Of a DNA stretch of 64,000 nt, positions 9,940 to 19,009 are shown in pieces. The notes under the pieces were generated by a model. That model was not told the DNA's origin and made no database searches. It was given only the letters and a program-made list of their open reading frames with translations. How positions within the stretch are numbered: position 1 is the stretch's first letter; every line of letters starts with the position of its first letter. The stretch is from NCBI GenBank assembly GCA_019057635.1, contig DXJL01000066.1, forward strand, positions 7,541 to 71,540. Direction: 5' to 3'. Origin of the DNA: Candidatus Heimdallarchaeota archaeon. GTDB lineage: Archaea; Asgardarchaeota; Heimdallarchaeia; Hodarchaeales; Hodarchaeaceae. The position numbers and the translations under genes were made by a program.

Positions 9940-10539
9940 TTAATCAGGCTGTAGGCCTGCAAGTTTTTGAAAGATTGATCCAAAAGTTATACTGCCTCCA
10001 AAATACCACCAGACATAATCAGGACGAAAAACTTTTCCCCATCCATCCACAACTTCGTATCTGCCTATTCTCAGAAGTATGCTTTCTGGTAGTTCGAACG
10101 GAATAACTGCAGGGATCGCTCCACCTCTGTAAATGTTAGAGAGAAGAACAAAAAATAACATTAGGGGAAGAAATGTAATGAGTAAAGGTTTCATTCTCAT
10201 CGTTGTTAATTCTGATTGCATTTTCTTCATCTTACCCGCATTTCTTTCATACTTCAGTTTTAATTTCGTGTCAGCTGTTTTCATCATTTCCATTCGCATT
10301 TTATTGTGTTTTTTTGTTTCTCTCGTTAAGGTACCTAATCTATCTATGTCTATCATATATCTTGACACTAAAGTAGACCCGAGAGACACAAAGAACGATA
10401 CTATTAGAATGAAAATTGATGAGAAGGGCGGGTTTTCTGGGGGAAAAGATGCCAAAGTTGTTAAGAATGTATTTAAAGTTTCAGCTAAGAATATGCCAAC
10501 ATTATTAAGAAAAAACATCGTGAATTCCTTCGATATCAT
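9940..10539 (-). CDS. DUF106-family membrane protein (Oxa1/EMC3/TMCO1 superfamily, putative insertase)
   Basis: TM1, then a lysine-rich coiled coil (KKHNKMRMEMMKTADTKLKLKYERNAGKMKKMQSEL), then TM2/TM3. Synteny with eL34 is conserved. Confidence 0.7.
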   Translation of the reverse strand: MISKEFTMFFLNNVGIFLAETLNTFLTTLASFPPENPPFSSIFILIVSFFVSLGSTLVSRYMIDIDRLGTLTRETKKHNKMRMEMMKTADTKLKLKYERNAGKMKKMQSELTTMRMKPLLITFLPLMLFFVLLSNIYRGGAIPAVIPFELPESILLRIGRYEVVDGWGKVFRPDYVWWYFGGSITFGSIFQKLAGLQPD

Positions 10540-10734
10540 CTTTTTCAGGACTAGGGAGGATAAATCAAAGTCCTTCTTCGTAAGAACGATTTTATTTTTC
10601 TGTTTTATGTTCTCGTATCGTAGTTACAACAAGACACAAAGATCCGTAGTGGTAAACTAATGAAGATAATCAAACAATTTCTTTTTTGGATGTCGATCTG
10701 AAAATTGAATACTTACACATCCACGAACGTAGGT

Positions 10735-12138
10735 TTATTGATTTTTCCATACCAGTCTTTTTGCTTCTAGTGCATATATCAAGATTTTTTCCACTGATCT
10801 ATCATCACTTTTGTCTTGAGTTCGGATCATACGTTTTAGCCTAGTAATTTCCTTCTGAGCTCTACGTGCCTCGGTTACTAGGCCTTTTTCTTGAGCTGAT
10901 TTGATGATTCGTTCCATCTCATCGATTTCGTCAAGGTCTCCCACAGATATTTTCAACATCACATTTACTACGCTCGCACGCAAAAATCCCCGTACGTGAT
11001 CAGTTGTTTCAGAGATTTTTATAGCGTCTTGAATTAAGCTCTGTGCCTTAGATAGATGAACCGTATCGAAAAAAATACGATATTTATAGAGAGAAATTAT
11101 TGCTAAACTGATTAAAGCCCCATAAAGATCTGTAATTTTTGCTTCTCCTCGTCTACGAAGAATATAATTATATAAATCCTCAGCATTTGTAAAATTCAGC
11201 ATTTTAAGCTGGATATTTCCTTTTATTAAAGCTAAAGACATTTTTCCTTGAAAGTACAAACTGGAATTAATATTTGTTTGCCTTAATATGGCATCTAATT
11301 CTTCTACTAGAGTATTTATGTGTTTATAGTCTTCAAAATCGAGAAATAAATCACAAAATCGTGATAAATGACTGAATAAAGCGGATTTTGGAACTTTATC
11401 CTTTATTTTCTCTATACGACTAGTAAACTCATCATATAGAGTTACTAATTTTTCAGATGAGGTAGTTTGTTGATTCTGTGACTCAACATCAGCTCTAGAT
11501 ACAAGAACTTCAAGGATTTTTCTTTCATTATTTAAATAGTGATAGATTTGAGATGCAATGTCGAAATGATGACTTGCCTCCTCTAGATTTTCTAAACGAA
11601 GGAATGCCTCTCCGATCCCATGATGAATTTGAGCTTTATAATATTTTCGATTGGTTTCAATTGCATTTTGTAGTGCAACTTGGAATTTATTAAAGATTTG
11701 GCCGAATTTTCCAATACCGCGATTGACCAGATACATTCCATATTGATAATTTAATTTAATTAATCCTTCCTTATCATTGAGTCGCTCATATATTTCCCGA
11801 GCGGCCTGAAACTCACTAAGCGCATCCTCCTGAGATTTAGATCTGAGAGCGATTTCTATTAAAGAATCAGCTGCACCCTTTGAGTAATTTATTATTTCTG
11901 AATTTTTTTTGTTTTTAATGATATCTATTTCTGTTTCAATCCTTCCTTCCCAAATTCTTTCGTACATCGCGAGATAATTTACTGCATCAATCGAAATCTG
12001 ATCATTTTCTGATTCTGGATACTTTCGAAGAATTGAATACCAAATTTCAGCAGCCTCTGTATCATGACCATGTATCCATTCTTTCCATGCCCTATCAAAT
12101 TCAGCTTTGATTAATGAATTGGTTTTCACAAGATTCAC
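10735..12138 (-). CDS. All-helical repeat protein, TPR-like; function unknown
   Basis: Repeated about 35-40-aa helical hairpin periodicity. Starts 1 nt after the tiaS stop. Confidence 0.5.
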   Translation of the reverse strand: MNLVKTNSLIKAEFDRAWKEWIHGHDTEAAEIWYSILRKYPESENDQISIDAVNYLAMYERIWEGRIETEIDIIKNKKNSEIINYSKGAADSLIEIALRSKSQEDALSEFQAAREIYERLNDKEGLIKLNYQYGMYLVNRGIGKFGQIFNKFQVALQNAIETNRKYYKAQIHHGIGEAFLRLENLEEASHHFDIASQIYHYLNNERKILEVLVSRADVESQNQQTTSSEKLVTLYDEFTSRIEKIKDKVPKSALFSHLSRFCDLFLDFEDYKHINTLVEELDAILRQTNINSSLYFQGKMSLALIKGNIQLKMLNFTNAEDLYNYILRRRGEAKITDLYGALISLAIISLYKYRIFFDTVHLSKAQSLIQDAIKISETTDHVRGFLRASVVNVMLKISVGDLDEIDEMERIIKSAQEKGLVTEARRAQKEITRLKRMIRTQDKSDDRSVEKILIYALEAKRLVWKNQ

Positions 12139-12139
12139 C

Positions 12140-13519
12140 TCAAATTAAAGGATGCTTCAATAGATTCTCTCTATTCTTCAAAAAATCATGAAATTCCTTG
12201 TGAAAACTTTCTTCTGAAGGCAAGTGAAATTGCAGGTTATCATCACGCGAAGTTGGTTTAGTTAAGTGGCGTTGTGCGCAAGTTGGTATGACATATCGCA
12301 CTCCTGAATACAATCCACGCTTTTTAAATTGAAATCCAATTTCTTTTTTGTCTATTTGATATTTACATTTTTTACAACGAAATCCTTGGTTCTGTCCAAC
12401 AGATTTTAGCGCGCCTTCACAATGAGGACATTTCAAAGGAATTCGTGCTATCTGTTGTTGTAGTTTTATGATCTCGAATTGTTCCAAATTAATTGTTATT
12501 GGATATTCATCAGAAGCTGGTCTCACCCCTCCATAGACCATTAGTTCGTCTCCTGTTATCAATTCTCTTACAAGTTTTCGAAATTTCTTAGTCGGCTCGT
12601 AGGCCGCACAATTTATGGTTTTTCCATTTGAAACTATAGAAACTATAACATGTCCACCAGTTATCAAATAAGGGGCCGAATCCACAACTCCTCTAACTTT
12701 TACAGAATAGTATGGTTTAATATCCTTTCCAGTAAATTCCTTGGGAAAATGAGGCTGAGTATGTTGATTTGATCTAAACAACATAACCGTAGCAATATTT
12801 TCTTGTATTTTTATCTCGTTCCACATTTGGATAACAGATTTTGCAGTTTCTCCCCTAATTCCGACATAGACCGGATCCGGTCCATGTGGGGTAATCATTA
12901 ATTGATTTTGTACATAATCATAATTCCCAAATGATAAGGGATTAGATTGATCAGCCTTAATAACCGATTTTTCATCAATCATCCGTATAGATGTTTTAAT
13001 ACTTGGATCCCTGTAACCAATGAATTCATATGTATAATCAGAATATAGATTCGCACCAATGGCCGCACATGCTCCGATTAATCCTCTTCCTTCTTTTATG
13101 GAATAGTAAAGTCCCTGAAAATTATTATTCAAGATTTGTTTCATGCTCTTTAATGAGATGACTGTATAAAGTGCCTCATAATAAACTTTTTTAGTTCTTG
13201 GGTCTGGTTTTCCAATTTGCAGGACTAATCCAGGATCAGTATTCTCAGCTTTGATATCTGAATGGATTTTAACAAGGTTAATACATTCTTTCCAAATTTC
13301 TTCTATTTTATGTGTCGTTGAAATGAAACTGATGGAAACTGCACCGTTTCCCCTGGTTTTATACGGAATATTAGGATTTAATCTGACTAATTTCGGGAAG
13401 TCAAGGAATTCTACTCCATGATTCTCCAATGAATCAACGATTAGGGTTGCTAAATATGTTGTACACATACCTTCATGAGAATCAGTATCATCAATACCAA
13501 TATGATATTCCTTGAGCAT
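12140..13519 (-). CDS. tiaS: tRNA(Ile2) 2-agmatinylcytidine synthetase TiaS
   Basis: N-terminal HIGIDDTDSHEGMCTTYLA signature and C-terminal Zn ribbon CPHCEG...CKKCK. Confidence 0.88.
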   Translation of the reverse strand: MLKEYHIGIDDTDSHEGMCTTYLATLIVDSLENHGVEFLDFPKLVRLNPNIPYKTRGNGAVSISFISTTHKIEEIWKECINLVKIHSDIKAENTDPGLVLQIGKPDPRTKKVYYEALYTVISLKSMKQILNNNFQGLYYSIKEGRGLIGACAAIGANLYSDYTYEFIGYRDPSIKTSIRMIDEKSVIKADQSNPLSFGNYDYVQNQLMITPHGPDPVYVGIRGETAKSVIQMWNEIKIQENIATVMLFRSNQHTQPHFPKEFTGKDIKPYYSVKVRGVVDSAPYLITGGHVIVSIVSNGKTINCAAYEPTKKFRKLVRELITGDELMVYGGVRPASDEYPITINLEQFEIIKLQQQIARIPLKCPHCEGALKSVGQNQGFRCKKCKYQIDKKEIGFQFKKRGLYSGVRYVIPTCAQRHLTKPTSRDDNLQFHLPSEESFHKEFHDFLKNRENLLKHPLI

Positions 13520-13540
13520 TAACTATTCATTTCCTCGTAT

Positions 13541-14458
13541 TCAAAGCCTTGAAAGGATTCCCGCGACTAAAAGTGGAAGAACAAGGGTGACATCACCCAT
13601 AATATCAATCCATTTAGCATCGGATGTCACTTTCCCCCATGATACGGCTTCTTTTATGGAAGCGCCGCTCACACCACCATGTTCGGGTCGATCCATCGTA
13701 ATTTGTATTGCATAACTTAGTCCATCATGTAATTGAGACCCGTTCATGATGAAGTGTTTTGGAACGCCACCCCCAAGAATCATTGCTCCCATTTTTTTCG
13801 AATCATAAATTATCTCTGAAAATTCAGTGTGATCTTTCAATACATCAATATTTAAAGGTTTAATTTGCGAAAAAAGCCAAGATTGGACACCTAACATACT
13901 GTCAGCAAATGACGGGGCAAAAATTGGGATTTCTTTCTCATGTGCTAATCTGACAATTGAATTTGGATCAGTGACATATCGTCCAATTTCATAGATAAAT
14001 CGGCGTGTACTCATCGGTTCCTTAGGAATATTATCTAAAATTTTCTGAACTAATTTCTCAAATTTTACAAAGGATTCATACGAAATAAAAGTATCAAAAA
14101 TTCTACTAACATCGAGTTCTTTAAGTTTTATATCATCAAGTTGACTATTTCCATGGAAATGTGATCCTCCTGAAGTTTCCAATAGATCATGGCTTAGATT
14201 TGCACCAGTAGTGACAATACAATCAATTATCTTGTTGTCTATCATTTTATACAGGATATTTCGCATTCCACCAGGTATGAGAGCGCCAGCGAGACCTAAA
14301 AATATGGTACAAGATTTATCCTCAATCATTTCCAAAAAAAGATCAGTAGCGAGTCCAACCTTTCGACATGTAAATCCTCCATTTTTCATAGAATCTAAAA
14401 GTTCAGAGACACTCATATTTGGATTAATGTCTACCTGTTTCATTTTGTGTAGTTTCAT
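13541..14458 (-). CDS. dhs: Deoxyhypusine synthase
   Basis: IFLGLAGALIPGGMR...DCIVTTGANLSHDL...ILGGGVPKHF motifs. Confidence 0.9.
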   Translation of the reverse strand: MKLHKMKQVDINPNMSVSELLDSMKNGGFTCRKVGLATDLFLEMIEDKSCTIFLGLAGALIPGGMRNILYKMIDNKIIDCIVTTGANLSHDLLETSGGSHFHGNSQLDDIKLKELDVSRIFDTFISYESFVKFEKLVQKILDNIPKEPMSTRRFIYEIGRYVTDPNSIVRLAHEKEIPIFAPSFADSMLGVQSWLFSQIKPLNIDVLKDHTEFSEIIYDSKKMGAMILGGGVPKHFIMNGSQLHDGLSYAIQITMDRPEHGGVSGASIKEAVSWGKVTSDAKWIDIMGDVTLVLPLLVAGILSRL

Positions 14459-14640
14459 AATCGGTAAATCTCATTTATTATATTAGTAAATTCTAAATTC
14501 TTGTCTTTATATTGACTAAGGGGCTCACTGGTACAGATAAATGTCCTTCTCAAATTCTTTGAGTCACTTTTTTCACGAATCTCATATTTCATTATTGCAT
14601 TTATTCGATATATTGCTGTAAGTAACACAAGTCCCTTCAT
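14455..14640 (-). CDS. 61-aa ORF, ATGA-coupled at both ends; function unknown
   Basis: Its start overlaps the decarboxylase stop (tcat at 14637-14640). Its stop overlaps the dhs start (tcat at 14455-14458). Confidence 0.45.
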   Translation of the reverse strand: MKGLVLLTAIYRINAIMKYEIREKSDSKNLRRTFICTSEPLSQYKDKNLEFTNIINEIYRL

Positions 14641-15923
14641 TTTTTACTTGTGTTAAAATTAAAATAAACTAAAGGTCTTTCTTCCATACAATACGTTGAA
14701 TTAAAAGAAATTGAATATGCTCCAGTCTGTAAAAACACGATATAATCTTCTTCTTCTAATTTAGATAATAAAACCAAGCTATTTCCCTCTATTGATCCTT
14801 TATAATAATCTAAAGTATCATTAGATGAACCCACAATTCGGTAAGGAATAATTGGTGTATTGATATTTTTTTTCACCTTTTTAATTGGGAAATGCCAATC
14901 TGCGATAATAACATCAGGTATAGTGTTATAAAAACTCCCGTTAACGCAAGCAATGTTAAGATTAGATTCTCTCTCTTTAATTATTGAGATTTGAAGTGCT
15001 AAAACACCCGCAGGGGCTGTTAAATATCTTCCTGATTCAAGGATTAATGTAATAGAGGATAATTGACCATTAAATTCCTCTTGAATTACATCTTTGAATT
15101 TTTCGATTGGTGGTACATGCTTTTCTCCATAGGGTATAGGAAGTCCTCCTCCGATATCAAGGATCTTAATTTCAAAACCTCTCTCCTCGATTTGGGTTAT
15201 AAGAAGACTTATTTTTCTCATTCCCTCCCTATATTGATCTAAATTTACAATTTGGCTCCCTAAATGAACATGGAGACCTTGAAAGCACAGCCATTCAGAA
15301 TTTAAACAATGGTCGAGAATTTTGTTGAACTGGGATTCTCCCTCGAAAGTCTTCGGTATTAGAATACCAATTTTGCTATTCCCACCTGTGCATGAAAATA
15401 AAGTATCATTCAGTTGTGTACCAGGATTTACACGTAATAGAACGTTTGCTCTTATTTGTAATGCCTTACAAGCTTCCTCTATGTTTCTCATATCACTCCA
15501 AGAGTCAACTGCAAACAAACCAACACCTTTTTCTAGGCAGTACTTTACCGTTGGTTTATCCTTAACGATATTAGTGAATATAATCTTATTTGGTTCCCCT
15601 CCATTCGCAATAACGTGTTTTATTTCTCCTATAGAAGTAACTTCAAAATCAGCACCTTTTTCCATAAATGTTTGAGCCACTTCAGGGAGCGGGTTAGATT
15701 TCACTGAAAATGCAATCTTCAGGAATTGAGTATTAAGAGAAGAAAATGTTTCATGGATTTTTTTATATTGTAGCTCTAGAATTTCTTGAGAAAATATGAA
15801 TAATGGAGTCTTATACTTCTTTAGAAGCTCCTCTAGGTTCAATCCGTTGAAAAATAGCGTTTTTTCTTGATACTCAAGTAATAAATACTTTTCCTCATCC
15901 AAATTTATTTTTTCTGAGTGCAA
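14637..15923 (-). CDS. PLP-dependent decarboxylase, Orn/DAP/Arg decarboxylase family (fold-type III)
   Basis: PLP-Lys block FSVKSNP, glycine loop DIGGGLPIPYG and ESGRYLTAPAG. Context suggests arginine or ornithine as substrate. Confidence 0.8.
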   Translation of the reverse strand: MHSEKINLDEEKYLLLEYQEKTLFFNGLNLEELLKKYKTPLFIFSQEILELQYKKIHETFSSLNTQFLKIAFSVKSNPLPEVAQTFMEKGADFEVTSIGEIKHVIANGGEPNKIIFTNIVKDKPTVKYCLEKGVGLFAVDSWSDMRNIEEACKALQIRANVLLRVNPGTQLNDTLFSCTGGNSKIGILIPKTFEGESQFNKILDHCLNSEWLCFQGLHVHLGSQIVNLDQYREGMRKISLLITQIEERGFEIKILDIGGGLPIPYGEKHVPPIEKFKDVIQEEFNGQLSSITLILESGRYLTAPAGVLALQISIIKERESNLNIACVNGSFYNTIPDVIIADWHFPIKKVKKNINTPIIPYRIVGSSNDTLDYYKGSIEGNSLVLLSKLEEEDYIVFLQTGAYSISFNSTYCMEERPLVYFNFNTSKK

Positions 15924-16033
15924 GACTTAAGTCGCTCCTACTTGTGCTTTGCTAGTGTCCTACAATACAGAATAGTCTTATCAGGAAATATTATTTATAT
16001 TTGTATTAGATAAGTCTTTTTGTGTGATCCCTC

Positions 16034-16966
16034 GTGAGTAATCTAGATTTTATATCTCATCAACCACAATCATTTTGTGGGCTTATTAAACATGATTGGA
16101 AGGACGAAATCCCAAACTATAATTTGATAGGAGTTCCGTTAGATATTTCCTCGTCTTATCGCCCAGGAGCCCGTTTTGGTCCTGATTCGTTAAGAAGAAT
16201 ACTTCAATCAGAAAATTTTGAGTGTGTTTCAGAAAAAGGGATAGATTTAACAAGGTATTTTCGTCTTAAAGATTGGGGCAATATTGGAATTATTAATACC
16301 GATATTGGAAAAAGTTTAAGACGCGTAAGCGAAGGTGTAACTGATCTAATTTCTTTTCAAAAACCTTTTCTTATAATGGGAGGTGATCACAGTATTACTA
16401 TTGGTGTAGGAAAAGCATTCGAGAATAAAAACATTCCTGTGCATATTATTTACATTGATGGACATTTAGACCTTTATGATGAAGTTAATGAGTCTCGTCT
16501 CTCTCATGCGTGTTCGCTCAAAAGACTCTCTGAGCTACAAACCTTTGACGGAGCAACTATACTTGGATACCGTGATTTTTTAAGCGAACAAGTCGAATAC
16601 GCAAAGCAAAAAGATATGCTATTGTATTCTACATCATACCTTCAGCATCAAGCAAATTTATTTGATTTTGGAACTTCTTTGATTCAGAAATTGGCCTCAA
16701 AACATCAGTATTTTCATATTTCTATTGACCTAGATGTCCTTGATCCGAGTTTTGCTCCTGGAGTCGGTAATCCTGTAGCATGCGGACTTACTAGTCGGGA
16801 TTTAGTTACGTTACTCTTGGGAATCTTTAATGCACTTCCTCCTGGGAAAAATTTTAGCTGGGATATTGTAGAATATAACCCCCTGTTTGATACTGCAGAC
16901 ATCACTGCATTTTTTGTAATTAAACTCTTAATTGAATTGTTAGGGGAACAGATTAAATTTGTTTAA
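16034..16966 (+). CDS. speB: Agmatinase / ureohydrolase family
   Basis: Metal-binding motifs GGDHSIT, IDGHLDLYD and SIDLDVLDPSFAPGVGNP. Confidence 0.85.
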   Translation: MSNLDFISHQPQSFCGLIKHDWKDEIPNYNLIGVPLDISSSYRPGARFGPDSLRRILQSENFECVSEKGIDLTRYFRLKDWGNIGIINTDIGKSLRRVSEGVTDLISFQKPFLIMGGDHSITIGVGKAFENKNIPVHIIYIDGHLDLYDEVNESRLSHACSLKRLSELQTFDGATILGYRDFLSEQVEYAKQKDMLLYSTSYLQHQANLFDFGTSLIQKLASKHQYFHISIDLDVLDPSFAPGVGNPVACGLTSRDLVTLLLGIFNALPPGKNFSWDIVEYNPLFDTADITAFFVIKLLIELLGEQIKFV

Positions 16967-17121
16967 TTGGAAAATCTGATTATTTTCTTAAAAAACAAAA
17001 AATACTTAATAAATCATTGTCAATATCCGTTCTACAACAAAGATTGCTTTAATTTGAATACAGAGCTGAGAAAAATAAAAAAGGAATGTCCATTTTTCTT
17101 CCGAACAACAGGTGAAAATCT

Positions 17122-18333
17122 ATGACACGAGATCCAAACAGCTTTTTTGTCACTGAAATGAAAGAAATTCGTAATGCAGGTAGGGAATGGATTCATCGAA
17201 CTTTAGAAGGAGCTTCTGATACTGTATGCAATGTTGAGGGGAAAAATGTCATTATGTTATGTTCTAATAATTATCTAGGATTAAGTAATCATCCGAAAAT
17301 GAAGGAAGCAGCAATTCAGGCGGTTAAAACCCATGGTGTTGGTTCAGGATCTGTTCGAGCAATCGCAGGTAATATGGATTTACATGTACAACTGGAAGAA
17401 CGTCTTGCTAAATTCAAAGAACAAGATGCTGGTTTTGTCACTTCCGCGGGTTTTACTGCTAATGAAGGAATCATCCCCCAGCTAGCTCCTGATAAAAACG
17501 ATATAATATTGTCAGATGAGCTGAATCATGGTTCGATAATTGACGGAGTACGCCTATCTAAAGCAAAACGGGCTGTTTATAAACACAATGATATGAGTGA
17601 CTTGGAAAAGGTTATAGCTGAGCTTGATAAGCAGAATCCAAGAAGGATCCTCTTGATCACGGATGGTGTGTTTTCAATGGACGGGGATGCAGCCAAATTA
17701 GATGAGATATACAAAATTGCTTCCCCCTATGGTGCAATGATATATGTTGACGATGCACATGGTGATGGAGTGCTTGGTCGAAATAATTCAGGGAAGGGTC
17801 TTGTAGATTATTATAGTTTACAAGGAAAAGTAGATATTGAAATGGGAACCTTTTCTAAGGCTTTTGGTACAATGGGCGGATCTATTGTTGGATCAAAGGA
17901 GCTGGTGACTTGGTGCAGAAACAAGACTCGATCATATCTATTATCAGGGAGTCATCCTCCTGCAACTGCTGCTGCTTCTATTAAAGCCTTGGATTTAATT
18001 GAAGATGAGGAACCAGACTTAGTACCGAGATTATGGGACAATATCAAATACTTTAAAAAGAGGATTATTGATATAGGTTATAATCATGGAATTACAGACG
18101 CATCCACTACAGCAATCATCCCTATTATTTGTGGAGATCCATTAAAAGCGAAAGAAATATCAAATTTACTGTATAGTGATTATGGAATTTTTGCCCTGCC
18201 AATAGTTTTTCCCATGGTTCCACGAGGTTTAGATAGAATACGTGTACAGGCAAATGCTGCTCTCACAAAGAAACAATTAGATGAAGGACTTCGGGCATTT
18301 GAAGAGCTTGGAAATAAGTTGAAAATCCTTTGA
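17122..18333 (+). CDS. kbl: Alpha-oxoamine synthase family (2-amino-3-ketobutyrate CoA ligase / 8-amino-7-oxononanoate synthase-like)
   Basis: NNYLGLSNHP, SDELNHGSIIDGVRLSKA, VDDAHG and PLP-Lys GTFSKAFG. Confidence 0.85.
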   Translation: MTRDPNSFFVTEMKEIRNAGREWIHRTLEGASDTVCNVEGKNVIMLCSNNYLGLSNHPKMKEAAIQAVKTHGVGSGSVRAIAGNMDLHVQLEERLAKFKEQDAGFVTSAGFTANEGIIPQLAPDKNDIILSDELNHGSIIDGVRLSKAKRAVYKHNDMSDLEKVIAELDKQNPRRILLITDGVFSMDGDAAKLDEIYKIASPYGAMIYVDDAHGDGVLGRNNSGKGLVDYYSLQGKVDIEMGTFSKAFGTMGGSIVGSKELVTWCRNKTRSYLLSGSHPPATAAASIKALDLIEDEEPDLVPRLWDNIKYFKKRIIDIGYNHGITDASTTAIIPIICGDPLKAKEISNLLYSDYGIFALPIVFPMVPRGLDRIRVQANAALTKKQLDEGLRAFEELGNKLKIL

Positions 18334-18344
18334 TCATTCCCCTT

Positions 18345-18785
18345 TTATTTATTGTCTAACTTTTCTCCCTCTTCTTCTGTTTGGATTAGTTTGCGATGGC
18401 TCTTTACTATCACCTTTCCTGAAAATCGAAAAACCTGACCACAATCTGGACAGTACCAATATTTTCGTGAAGCTTCATCTCCGCTAGAAAATTGATAGAA
18501 ACCCTGAAAGACGGCCTGAGGATGTCGACATCGTTTCTTTTTTCGTTGTTCATAAGTTTGGGTCATTAGTTTTGGAATGGGCGGAGGTTCATCTTCTAAT
18601 ATTCGTGTTTTATCTTTTACACTGTGATTTATGAGTGTAGTCTCTTGAAATGCTATTTTGTTGACCTTTTTGCTTTCTAATATTTCTATTCGACATTTGG
18701 GACACCAATACATTAATTTTCTTTCTGATCCGATTCTTCGAGTTGTTATTAAAGTACCACAGGTCTCACAGAAAGGACTAGCCAT
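18345..18785 (-). CDS. TFS/Rpb9/TFIIS-C-like zinc-ribbon protein (divergent)
   Basis: N-terminal ribbon CETCG...CPKCR. C-terminal block CRH...YQFSSGDEASRKYWYCPDCG resembles the TFIIS-type ribbon with its acidic DE loop. Confidence 0.5.
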   Translation of the reverse strand: MASPFCETCGTLITTRRIGSERKLMYWCPKCRIEILESKKVNKIAFQETTLINHSVKDKTRILEDEPPPIPKLMTQTYEQRKKKRCRHPQAVFQGFYQFSSGDEASRKYWYCPDCGQVFRFSGKVIVKSHRKLIQTEEEGEKLDNK

Positions 18786-19009
18786 TTTTTTTCCTCATTT
18801 TCCGAGTAATCTATCATTTTATAGGAAGTATTTCTCTTTTTCAGATCATTTCCCTTTTATTGCTGTGTTACATCTTTTACTCAGAATTGACTTAAAACGA
18901 TACTAAAAATCTTTATATTAGATTTTTATGCTCTATTCTGGCTTTATACATTAACATTTCTTTATAAATGAGTTGTTTCTAAGATTAAAAATCTATTGCG
19001 GAGATATTT

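Noticed and set aside
17122-18333. Possibility that the alpha-oxoamine synthase is a serine palmitoyltransferase-like (sphingolipid) enzyme
   Set aside because: The sequence follows the Kbl/BioF pattern closely, as I recall it, and lacks any membrane segment. The subfamilies cannot be separated without a phylogeny, so no lipid-related claim is made.
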